A stretch of DNA of 64,000 nucleotides, from contig NIVC01001521.1 of assembly GCA_002269645.1 (NCBI GenBank), positions 124,001 to 188,000 of the forward strand, written 5' to 3'. The DNA comes from Macrostomum lignano. Its lineage: Eukaryota. Made by a program: the position numbers and the translations under genes. Below the pieces are notes generated by a model. That model did no database searches and was not told the origin of the DNA. It worked only from the letters and a program-made list of their open reading frames with translations. Positions 63,966 through 64,000 of this stretch are shown one piece after another; position 1 is the first letter of the stretch, and each line of letters starts with the position of its first letter.

Positions 63966-64000
63966 TTACCGTTGATCTTGAAAAAAGCATATATAAGGTT

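Overview
Eukaryotic (animal) genomic DNA that is extremely rich in simple repeats. The gene style and repeat-filled introns suggest a free-living flatworm such as Macrostomum; this is inference, not shown by the sequence. From left to right: a 5.9-kb 23-bp satellite beside exon 1 of a gamma-glutamylcyclotransferase-fold gene (-); a compact co-directional (+) cluster of five housekeeping genes (TPRKB, a Met-less CINP-like ORF, a FAM173 methyltransferase, KXD1, DNAJC24/DPH4) that looks like an SL trans-spliced operon; CORE-type SINEs, a Penelope-type hammerhead remnant, a decayed Ty3/Gypsy integrase and an RTE reverse-transcriptase fragment with a 5' inversion; a secreted LamG-like protein gene with an inverted partial paralog; a ~20-exon, ~1,500-aa gene (-) with two unnamed internal repeat domains and an EF-hand-like C-terminus; and a 5'-incomplete histamine H1-like GPCR (-). 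Most introns and intergenic gaps carry their own tandem-repeat family. Most long ORFs in the supplied track are artefacts of these repeats. Exon structures below were derived by hand from splice consensus and frame continuity.
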